From the NCBI GenBank assembly GCA_950097015.1, contig CATNEN010000007.1, positions 1,922,001 through 1,986,000 of the forward strand: 64,000 nt of DNA, given 5' to 3'. The notes beneath the pieces were generated by a model. That model saw only the letters and a program-made list of their open reading frames with translations. It ran no database searches and had not been told where the DNA came from. The translations under genes were made by a program, and so were the position numbers. Position 1 is the first letter of the stretch. Every line of letters starts with the position of its first letter. Shown piece after piece: positions 47,601 to 59,600 of this stretch. The stretch comes from Macrostomum hystrix (Eukaryota > Animalia > Platyhelminthes).

Positions 47601-50600
47601 CATTTCCATGCCTAAGCCAGACACCCAATTACTGAGTAATCCCATCGTGTGCCAATGCTACAACAAAATAGAGGTAATTTTTTATATTACACTGTGTCCC
47701 TAGCAGTTCTTTCGTCGCACTGGCGGCCGACCGACCACGGCAACGCTGGGCACACTGACCCAACTAGCACACCTGCCAGGGAATCACATGTCCACAAAAC
47801 ATGAAATGCGAATCTACGGCTCGCTAACGACAGCCTCGTCCGCCCGGCCCTTCTGGGTATCTTCCCGGCCAACAGCTGCGGAATCAGGCACAGCCATTTT
47901 CAGCAAACGCTCTTGCTCAAACAGCTTTAATCGCACTGACTGAGAATCGCACAGTTTCTGGTAGTGCGAATAGTCGCATGAACTCACCCGGAGGTCAGCA
48001 AGACCACGCACGCGACTAAGCCCGGTGTAAAAGAGGCCTGGCGTCTGCTTTCGCCGCCCACCAGACCCACTAAGGTCCACGTACGCCTTCCGGAGTGTCA
48101 AACCCTGCGACTTGTGCACGGTGATCGCCCAGGCCAGCTTCAACGGCAGCTGCGTGCGAGACACGCTCAGTTCCCCGTCAGACCAGCTCGCCGTCAGAGG
48201 CAGAATCGGCACCACTCCACCGGCGTCACAGTACGATAGATATGCATCACCGGCAGGTGGCCGACAATAGCCCGGTCCGGTGTAGTCTTCGAACTCAACC
48301 CAGACACACTCGGGAACAGCCGGCGAAGACACCCCCGGTGGGAAACAGATGCCCTGCACAATGCCGATTGACCCGTTGACCAGGCCACAGGCCACGGAGA
48401 GGTTACGCGTCAGCATCACACGACAGCCGACAGCCAGGTAGACGCGCATTGCGAGGCCCGACTCCGAGTCGGCCGATTCACCGACGGCACCAGCGCCCTT
48501 GCAGAGGGCGTTAACCGTGCAGACTGGATTCTCATGGCTGGCAAGCTGGCCCAAGCGGTAGCAATTCTCCTCGTGAACCGCGGCATTTGTCGAGTACAGA
48601 TGCGTACAATCCTCGAATCCGTCGCCAAGTGTCTCAGGCACCATCACACGGCATTTCATAATCAGGCTGAAATCTTCCATTCTCGCCCGTCCTTCGCGAA
48701 TTGCCTGCAGGACGTCCGCATAGCGCTGGTCTCCGGCCTGGCGTACCTGAGTAAATGGAGAGAGAGAGAAAAATTTGATACAAAATGTATCGATAAATAC
48801 AGTACATTACGCATTTATCGCATAGTTCACTGTAAACAAAGTAAATACTGAAACAATAAAAACATCAACTGCAAATAGTAATTCAGCCCACTACTCACTA
48901 GCTCGTTGAGGTGAACGACCCTCTTAAAGGACCGGTACGCCAGCCAGCCACGCGTCAGCAGGTTCCGTTTCACACCGACGGAACTGGAAGCGTCCTTGCA
49001 CTTCGGTGTGTTTTCGCTATTCACGTACATCGCAGTGTCCATCACGGGCGGCAGTTGAAACAAATCGCCAACCAGGATGACAGACAGGCCACCGAAGTAC
49101 TCTTCGCGTCGGCCGGGAAAAGCCTGTCGCAGCCGCGCATCCACCATGGCAAGGGTTCTCTGGCCGACCATGCTGAATTCGTCCACAATAGCATATCGCA
49201 CAGCTTGCCATTCCGATTGCAACTTGCCCAGCACAACAGAGCCTTCTGGCAGCTCCGCAAACGTCCTCTTGGTACCGAGTCGCAGCGCCGAATGCAAAGT
49301 CTGGCCAGAAATGTTGTGAGCAGCCACACCCGTAGGCGCCATCACTTTGCAGGCCTCACCAAGAAGCTGCCGAATCAGATGAATGACAAAACTTTTGCCC
49401 GTTCCAGCGCTGCCGTACAAAATCACCAACAGCGGTTCACGCGAAGCCACTCCACCAGCGGCGCAGTTGCCACCAGCAGAGTAATGCTCCGAAACCATGT
49501 CAAACAGTTACCGCTGCCGTGCATTCAGGCCACTCGTGTCCACCGGGGCCTCCTGCTGCTGCCGCTGCACCGCCGGACCCTTGCAGGCACGAAAGTACTC
49601 ATGCAGAGCCTTTGCATCCACAATGCCCGGAAACTTGCTAGCAGAAGCGCTCCAGTCAAAGTTTGCCGGCACAGGCGGCAGTTGATCCTCCGGCCGTTTA
49701 AACTGTTCCGCTGCCGTCTGCCGCGCCCCCAACATGGCCATCCAATCCTCCTGCATATTGTCGGGCCGGCTCGCGCCAACCACCGATTCCGCTTGCGCCG
49801 CTGTCATATCCGGCAATTCGTTCACCTGCACAGCCACTACAGGGTCATCGGCCTCGTCCCGCTGCAACTCGCCAAGATGGCGAAATCGCAGGGGGCAACT
49901 GTCGGCCGGCAGCGCGTCAAATGCCTCGCGCCACGTAGCGTGCGTGCCCTTGGCAGCCTCCACGGTACGCCAAGACGAATACAACAGCACCTGCTGCTTA
50001 AAGTATTCCTCGCGTCGCTCCTCTAACGTATTGTTTGGCCGCAGACCTGGACTGACCACCACTATAGCCTTCCGTTCTCTCGGCCTCCAGCCGCGGCCGT
50101 TTATCCCAGCAGCCTCCCAGTTGCTAAAGAACGCGTGCATGCTGACCGTCTCCAGCTGTTTAGGCCGCTGTGTGTACTTGTCCAGGCTATTGCGGCAGGA
50201 GCCTTGTCGCTCAATCATCCGCATGTCATCCGTCCGGACGTACGCAAATGTCCGGCTGCACTTGTACATTGGCTGTTGAAGCAGCAAACGGCACACCTCC
50301 TGGGCGGAATAGTCCCGGGCAGCAATTGTTGCCATCAAATGCTGCTGCACTACCCGCTTGGCCGTGTCCATCCTCTGCCTCTCGTCGGCAGCGACTGTGC
50401 CCCGCTTGGCCTCTTCCGCTGCCAGCCGGTCAAACAGTGTCTGCAGATGACCGGAGCGCACCTCTCCCTTGCTAGCGTATTTCACCAGGTAGCGGATTAT
50501 ATTCTTTGCCGAGGAAATCAGCTGCATATCAATGTTGGCACGCCACAGGCAGAGTATCTGCGGATTGTAGGAGCACCTCTGCGTCTCGTCGCAGAGGTCG

Positions 50601-53600
50601 TCGTTCCTCTGCGTCTCCACACTGAGGTGCAACCGGGACAACCGTTTTACTTCCGTGCGGTCCCGCAACTCCTTCGGATATTTGTACCGACACTCCTGCT
50701 TGCCCCCCTTCAGGGTACGAAGGCATCGATCGCCGCACTTGCTGTGCCGTTCAATAAGGTGACCCAGCGCCTGTAGATCCACCCGGTTGTTCGTAATCTC
50801 CTCGGGTGCCAGCTTCGAGGGATGCACCGAAATGCCATCCCCATTGGCGATTAGGCCTCCAGTCTCGGAGCCGTCCAGCGCAGTATTCCAGCTGCAGACA
50901 TACCTGTCCACGTAGGCGCGTATATTGTCCACCGTCACATTCGCTTCAGTCACATCCAGGCCATCCGGCATCCAGACGAAACCGTGCACGTGGGGACTAC
51001 CGCGGCTCTGATATTCAATACGGAACCAGAAATCTTTCACGCCCCAGTGTTCAACCAGAAAGCGACGCAAAAATACTTCGAACCGGGTCCAAAATAGTGT
51101 ATCTCCAATCGCCGGATCACTCTGCAGCCTCTTCAGCAGGTCGGCTTCTTCGCCGGCATCCATCATCTGCCAGGCGGCACGCAGTTCCGGCCAGTGCGTA
51201 TCAGCCGCCGACAGGGTCAGAAAGAACTGCGGCAAGCCCAGTAGCATTATCAGGCCCTCGAGCTGCCGCCGCTTGCTCTCCCAGTAGATTTGCGTGCCTC
51301 GCAAATGCATTCCTCTGGCAATCACACTTGCCATGGCGGCCGGATCCTTGAGCTTTTCGCGCATCTCTGCTGCGTTCAGCTTGCCAATGCCACTGTGCTT
51401 CACGAATAACCGGCCCAGTGCCAATGCTCGCCAGCGCATCACCAAATTCTCAATGAAAAATCGAAAACGTGGATCCAACCGAAATCTCGGACAACTGTAC
51501 TGCATCAGATGTCTTGCGTAGTCGCCAATCTGTATCGTATGCTCCCGGGGCATTTTGTACTCGCCACTACCGTCGGGAAACAGATGCGGAAAGGCCAAGG
51601 TAAACAGGCTCTCCTGTTGAAACTCGTTCACCGGCTTACGGCCCACTGTGGGCCATGGCAATTTCTGTTCAAGCAGTTTCCTTCGAAATGCTTCATCCAG
51701 CAGACGAAACGGCGTCTCCATCAGGCCACTAAGCGTTTCCTGTGCAATAGCGTCCTCGATATCCTGTTTGTTTGCGCGTTCTAGCGCAGCCTTTTCGGCC
51801 GCCTCCATTGTCACTCCCTCGGGCAACTCGGATTCGTGCATCTCGCACAAATCTTTCATCGGCCCGTCAACAGGCAACTCGCTCAGCGCCACGCGGTCCA
51901 GCGTAACGGCATACTCCCGAAAGTACGCATTGTGCTTCAGCAGGTAATTCATGGCTTTCAGCACCTTATCCCGACGAACACGCAGGTTACTCAACGGCGG
52001 ACCGCCCAGCGATTGCCTCTCACTGCTCCCTCGCTTGCCCTGGAACATCAGGACGACGGGTAGAGTTTTGCGCGGCAACTCTCTTACAATGTCCGCCTGG
52101 TCTTGTGGAAATATTATGCCATGACCACGACTGCACAGCTGTCCTTGTGGAAACAATCGATACACCATCATGACACACAACACAGGAGAGATTAGCATCT
52201 GTTCTGTCACTGTCAAATCTCGCAATTCCTCCGGCTGCTCACACGGGTTCGCATTATTCTCATCGCTGAATAGCTTCGGCACGTGTTGATCCTTAATACA
52301 CCGCTGACAGACCTTGTCATCAGCATTTCGGTAAAACACACCGGGAAACTGTTCCTTGCAGACCCGGCACTTTCGCAGATTCGTCACAGCAGCGATCGTC
52401 TCTTGGTAGCATTCCTTCCGAATATTAAGGAATTGTTCCGTGAAACTATTGCGCAGTACTGCAGGCAGTGACAGATCGCCTTCGTTGACAACCAACTCCT
52501 CGATACAGTCAGGTACAGCAGCCTCTTGCCGCTGATTCTCCTGGCTTGTCCGTTCAGTCGCATCTGTCGCCTGATCGGCGCTCGGAAACAGAATCTTCCG
52601 CCGGGCAGATGATTTCGGCTTCGTTGTGCCCTCAGCTGTCCGTGCTCCACCCTGCTGAGCTGAATCATCAGCTGAAGCAGCGCCACTGTTTCTAGCAGAA
52701 ATAGCAGACTTTGCAGCCGGTGAATCCACACCGCCATAAACGACGCCTCGAACTTTCCTTGGAGAACGTCGAACACCGCCAACAGACCCAGTAGCAGACT
52801 GACTGTCGCTCTCTCCGCCGCTCTCTGACACCGTTGTCGGGTCTCGCTGCCTTCGCTTCCTAGGTGACGACGGCTCTGCAGCGCCAGAGGTCGCAGTCTC
52901 AGAATGTACACAGCTGCCGCTCTCTGCGTCTGATAAGTCCAAGTCAACATTACAAGCTGCTAGAATTGGCCTCGAATCCTCGGCAGTCAACTCAGCAGCC
53001 TCGCCATCAGTCATCAGAGGCTTCTTCAGGGGGGATCGGTGTGCCGCCGTGTTACTATCGGGCGAGCCAGCACTGCTTGCTGTACGCTTTTTTGGTGACC
53101 CAACTGACGCATTTGACGTCACTTCTTGCTTTTTCACAGGGCGAGAGTCCAGCTTTCTTGGCCTTCCCCGGCCTCGAACCTTGCTGCTCGCGACGGGCAA
53201 GCATTCGTGAACAACTGGCGCCGCAGGCGGCGGCATCAAGTGTCGGTCTTCAGCTACCACCGTCAGAGCACTGTAGTGCTCGTTCACCAGCTGCAGACGC
53301 ACGGTAGCAGCAGGTTTGCCTTTGCACGGGCAATACTGCAGCCGAACACCATTTGGGCCATAGATATAAATTTCCACTCCCAATATGTAACCGACAACAG
53401 GAGGAATTTCGTCAGGAACGTCTTGTCCTTCCGTAAAGCAGTTCAAAAGAATATTGTCAATGTCCCCAAAAATGCGACCATCCTTGTGCCATTCACTCAG
53501 CATAGCATATGCCTCGGTAGCTACTCGTTCTCGCAGGTTTACGAAGTTCGTCTCCAACGGCGTACCTAGCAGCTGTTGACACACTGCATGGAAGAAACAA

Positions 53601-56600
53601 TTGCCGTCTCCATCAATTCGGATAACGCGGCAATCTTCCCATGGGATCCACGTTGGCTCTGAATCTCCGTTCAAATTCGGCACCAGTTCAGCAGCTGCAG
53701 CCACTTGTACGCCTGATAAATAGGTACATATGTTATCGGCGCAATGTAGGCGACTTGCTTTGACTTAGCGGCAGGGGGCCTCCATGACGGACGCAGCGAG
53801 AATGTAGGCGACAGATTTGAACTTAAATGTAAAACGTTTGTTCAGCACAACAATGTAATAAAAATTCGTCCACTTTCGAATAAGGAATTATTTTGGCTAA
53901 TATTAAACTTTCAGCCTGTTAGCTAAGATTGACAGCTAATGCAGCAGTTGAGGAGAAAAATATAATATGCGTTCAGACCATAAACCTTTTCCATTCCATA
54001 GAAACATACTTACTGTATAATATTCTCTGTCATCAATCACGAAAATGCCCATTCTCTATCAAATATGCTCAAATACAAGTAATAACTAAATACGTACCAT
54101 TTGACGCAAGCACATCAATAGCCGGTTGCGACACGTTGTCTTGCTGGCAACCCACTCCATCATCCAAGCCCAAGTCGACCGCAAAGGCTGCTACCGCTGG
54201 TTCCGAGACCGGTAATTCGATGCTTGATCGCGACTCAACTGCCTGCTGACGTTTTCGGCGCGCACATTCCTTGCGCGGCTTCGATGCGGCACCAGCGGCT
54301 TTGCCAGACGCCCCACGGATGTCAGCTGGGATCCTTCCTTCCGGATTGCCTACAGCTGTGGACACATTCGAACGTGCGCTAGCTCTAGAAGACGCTCTCG
54401 AGCTTGAAGAACTGTGCGACAATTCCTCGTTGCAACATGCGCATCGCGTAATGCGCCTGATCCGACTGGATCTTTGGAGCCCACCATCCGCAACCGACGC
54501 ACAGTCCAGGGACAATGACGATCCACAGTCGCTGATGACACTGCTGTCCATGGCCTCTGGTACGACCTCCGCCTCGTTCACCTCAGACAGGCAGTCCCAC
54601 CGATTTGCCACGGCAACTCCAGAGTGGACGACAACCTGTCTTGGCTTCTCTGCCGCGGTGGCCGACACGGGCTTGCTCTTCCTCGGTATGCCCAGCCTGG
54701 ATGTAACTGGACGCCAGCTGTCCGTCTGTTGAAGCGGATTGGGCGATTCCTCAGTGCTCCTTTTCGAAGCAGCTCCTACTTCACTTGACACCGGAGGCAC
54801 TTGCTTCGAGGAAGAATCGCCCAATGCAGCGGCACCAGCAGGCCCACGTGCAGCCAACTTCCGCTGCTTTGACGGCCGGCCGCGACTACGAATTGGAGCA
54901 CGGATGTCACTGCTCGTCCTGTGATATGAAAGTAACAATACTAAATTAGTACATCACTAATATCACCAAATAAAGAGAGAGAGAGAGAGAGAGAGAGACA
55001 GGATGGGAATTTCTTTGATGGGATTTCCACACATGGAATTGCAATGGATTGGAGAACTACTCACACATCAGTACTCCTGACAGACACATCATCATGCAGC
55101 TTGTCAGGCTTGCATGATGTTTCACTTGCTGTGTTGCATGCTGCCATTTTTATTATGAATGAATGATAGCTGCAATGGGACTTTTTATCTCTGCATGAAA
55201 TACCTGTGCAAATTTCATTCCATAATTTCATTTTCATGTTCATATTTACACATTTATGTATATACATGTTTCTGATTCTACTACTACGAGCGCAATAATT
55301 TAATAATACATATGCCTTTAATAGGCCTTCCACTCTAAGCCTATGGATAATAGCCCCCCTATGAGATGATGCACGATTAAACAATAGATGGGATGACATG
55401 TGGGAATAGAATATGTAAAATACATCTTGAAACTTCAAAGCCTCAAAGCTCAAAAGTGCCTTTGGTTCATTATATATCAATTCAAGGCTTCTGATCACTA
55501 CTACCTTGATACTAGGACTACAAGGATTTAATAATGGATGCAAGTGTGAAGACACATTAAATTTTCTCATGGATTTGGTTCATTGGTTGTCAGTGCCTAT
55601 GCCCTCCACTGTGCTGCTCTTGCAGATACCCTGTGCCTTCCAGGGCATCTGGCTCTGTGTCAATGGCCATCTGTTAGAGGTGCCCAACTGCAGTCCTATG
55701 GCATATGTATGCAGCTTCCTGTGCCTGCCTTGATTGGGACCAGAGGCTGCAGCTACTGCTTCTTTGGAGATAAATCTGACTCTTAAGCCGATTAAGTCCG
55801 GCTACCAGGTTTTCCTCCAAATTGGAGGCTCCAATATGCAGTTGAAACCAATGACTGGACTGGTGGACAGATCAGCAAAACCTGGATAATTAATACTATT
55901 TCATATACATTTTCTATTATACTTTCACTCTAAGCCTATGGATAATAGGCCTTCAGCCTAATTTTATAATGTATACTCCATTTAAGCCAGAAAATCTGTA
56001 CATGTCAACAAGGGAACATACGATATGAAATACAAACAAGCCAGCCATTTATTAAACTTGAATGAAATTCCAAATTACTGCATGCAACTGGAATACAATC
56101 AGCGAAATTTACACAATTAAAAAGCGATTCGATGACTTGAAAAGTGGAGGCTATATGCACAGCATATAAGCAGCAATTAAATGCAATTTAAATGCAAAAT
56201 TAAATTGACTAGGTCTATTGAGGGCTGGCTAAGACATTTTTTTAATTAGATTAAAACTAATCTTACAATAGCACCATTATGTGCTAGAGCAAATTTATAA
56301 AGGAGAATAATGATTCATATGACTGGCCAAGTACATTAAAAGCAATTAAGTATAAATGCATAGAAAAGATAGGGAAAATATTACACAGCTTGAAGCAGAC
56401 TTTTTGACCTGAATTTAAATATCTAAGATGTCATCACTTGCACAAAATTTGTGATGACTGTAACATAGTGTTAATTCAATAAAAAGGCATCCTACGTATT
56501 GAACATTATTAATAAGACTTTGTAAGAGAATATAAATGCACTTTTTGTGCATATGGCATATACTTTCGAATACTGCAAGAAGTGAGTCAATAAAAGAGTA

Positions 56601-59600
56601 TAATCGACATTATCAACACGACAATGAAGACCGACATTTAAATGCGCATCAATTACATTATCCATGCAAAAGTAAAAAACCCAGACAAATCAAAGGCCTG
56701 CGCGTGTGTGATGTGACAAGCGTCAAAACACGTCCTGAAAGGCGATAATGTTCAAATAAAAAGTTTCAACGACACAAAGACGTGCGCGCTAAAAGGAAAT
56801 ACAACATAAGGTGATTTCTACTGACTGCTACATTCCTTCCTGCATTTAGATGCACAAAAAATGCAGAAACTGAATATGCACTTGTTTTAATAAAAGCAAT
56901 TCAAAAATCTCGACGCAAGCATTTTCTGCAAGGCGGTCGGTTTATCAATGAAGAAGCTAAAAAAGTTGCAATAATTTAGGATTTAATCATCAAAATCAAA
57001 ACCGTTTGCCAAACGGCAAGCAACCAAAAAAAGTTTAACTACCACAGATACTGTTTATCATCAACGGAACTTGCAAAATCTTTCAATAGCAAATAACGGA
57101 TGCTTCAAAAATGATAGTGTCCAAAATTTGTACCCCTTACCTTCATGTACTCAATAGGATCCAGACACGACACACGTTAACCAATCTAGCCGTGTGAGAT
57201 GTCGTTGGAATGTAGACAACATTCCGCGTCGATTGAAGCCATCCGCGCTTAAAGCCATCAGGAATTCGCAGACTTATACACAAAAGTACACACAAATATG
57301 CACAAAGTACACGCTGTGCATAATTACATTTTCAGGTACTAATCCTAACAGGTAATACGTGTATCGACGGCAGTATTTTTCCCATATACCCACATGGGAT
57401 GTGCATCTTTAAATACCAAGCTCAAGGAGTATTACGCCCTTTTCGCCTCCAGCCGTAGGTTTGAGCACAGCAAAGTCTGCACCGGTCCCGAACCCGACCT
57501 TTCACCAGTCTGGGTGGACTTTCTCAGCCCGGGTAGGGCCGAAAGGTGCGCGCAATATCTTGTTAGACGCAAAACAATATTTCCAGTAGATTGACGCATC
57601 ATTCGACAAATTCGGAGCCGGATTTCGCGAAATGCGCGCGTTGAAAGGAGAAAAATACAAATGTTTCACGAAAGTGTATGTGCACTATTATGTACTTTTA
57701 ATACACTTGCGATGTACTTTTATCAACGCCGACTCAGTATGTCATGTGCCCTAATGTTGTGCATACTACATCGCTTGCGGCTAAGCTGTCCGACTGTTTG
57801 TCTTCGAAAAAAAAATTTTTGACTCCACCAAGGTCGGCATGCATTTTCGAGAAAACGGCAAAAATGCACGTTTTGCACTGCATTTCCCAGTACTGCTTGA
57901 TAACCGTGCATTGCATAGAGTCGCCTTGCATAGCGTCGTGTAGCAGGCATCCGTGCCGAATTTTTGACACCACTTGCGCAGTGCAACTACCTGCCATTCA
58001 GCTGCAGTACCGTGCAGCACGCAAGTGTAAAATCTGGCTGCGCCATATTTTACACTTGCTTCATCAGATATCAGGCGCGCGGTACACTCGCAGTCCATTG
58101 AGTCACACCTCGCTGGAAAGAACTCACCGAGTAGAAAAAAAAGACACCACCCGCGTGACAATCGATTCAGCCCTTGGGGAGCTGCGCTGGAAAATGTAAC
58201 CCAAAAAAGCAGTACCTAAAAGTATGTTTTTTGCACTTTTATCATAGACTATGAGGAAATTGAAAAATCGCTTTCCTGCCTCGCCTGGGCCAGGCCTGCC
58301 CGCAACTTTTGTGTCTCAACTTTTCTCCGTGCCAGAAAAAATGTGCGCTGGAAATGAGTTTGCGTAAAATCGATTTCCAAAAAAATGGCAGTTTTACGTT
58401 GCCATGGCAACCCTCACGGGTTGCCATGGCAACCAACCGCCATAAATCGGATAACCCTATAAGTTACCTACCCAACGACACCACCCGCGAGGCAAACGGT
58501 TGAGGCAGTCTCAAATGGCGCCCAATATGCCTTGAAAATGCGTGATTTTCGAGGTGTTTTCTATCTCACTACGTACGCTGGATCTTAGGTGGGGCTCACT
58601 CCGATTTCGCCCCTCGGCCTCTACCGAGGCCTCGGTGCTCGGCGCTTCGCGCCTCGCGGCTCAATACTACGTTCGCCCCCAACTAGCTCGTAATAATCTT
58701 TAAAATGCAGACAAAGTGCACCGGCACTACATCGATGCGCACGACTTCATCAAGGCCAGCGAGCACACGGACATTGTGAAATGCCTGGCCTACTTCGAGT
58801 CTCGAGTGTTCAGCGGCGGCTTCGACCAGCGGCTCATCATCTACGACTCCGGCTATCACGGAGTCAGGCAGATGACACCCATCAGCGTGCGACGGGCACA
58901 CGAGGCCGGCATCAACAATCTGGTGGTAGCTCAGGACGCCGAGCACAACAATTGGCTCATCACCAGCGCATTCGACAAGTGCGTCAAGGTCTGGACCACC
59001 GAGGGCAAGCTGGTACATCGGCTGGATGATTTCGCTAGCCCTGTCACTGGTGAGAGCTTTCTGCGCTGTCTCTGCCATGTCTCATCTCTCCCCTGTCTCA
59101 TCTCTCCCCTGTATCATCTCTCCCCTGTCTCATCTCTCCCGTGTCTCATCTCTCCCCTGTCTCATCTCTCCCCTGTCTCATCTCTCCCGTGTCTCATCTC
59201 TCCCGTGTCTCATCTCTCCCGTGTCTCATCTCTCCCTTGTCTCATCTCTCCCGTGTCTCATCTCTCCCGTGTCTCATCTCTCCCGTGTCTTATCTCTCCC
59301 GTGTCTCATCTCTCCCGTGTCTCTTCTCTCCCGTATCTCATCTCTCCCGTGTCTCATCTCTACCGTTGTAGCTTTAATCGCAGCTGTAACTGTTATAAGC
59401 ATGGCATTGCCTATCTTTCAATCAGGCATCTGCTTCATCGCCCGCAACAAGACCATCTGGGTGGCGGCTGGCCATCATTTCGCGTTCATCTACGAACCAA
59501 AGTCTGGGGAGAATGTGTCAGAATTTAGCGACACCTTCCTGACCAAGGACGGCGAGGAGCTGGACGCCGCGCGCAGCTACACTCTGCAGTTGCTGGCCTA

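Larger units (their letters stand above)
45982..58682 (-). mobile_element. complete 12.7-kb Helitron2/Helentron-type rolling-circle element
   Basis: Asymmetric IRs: GTTCGCCCCCA (58671-58681) at the 5' end and TGGGGGCGAAC (46013-46023) ~30 bp inside the 3' end, followed by the perfect palindrome AAGACTGCAGTCTT (45994-46007). AACTAG at 45980-45985 and 58681-58686. RepHel inside. Confidence 0.85.

Noticed and set aside
48911-53569. Plus-strand ORFs of 100-370 aa over the Helitron
   Set aside because: Antisense shadows of the GC-rich RepHel ORF with no recognisable motifs.
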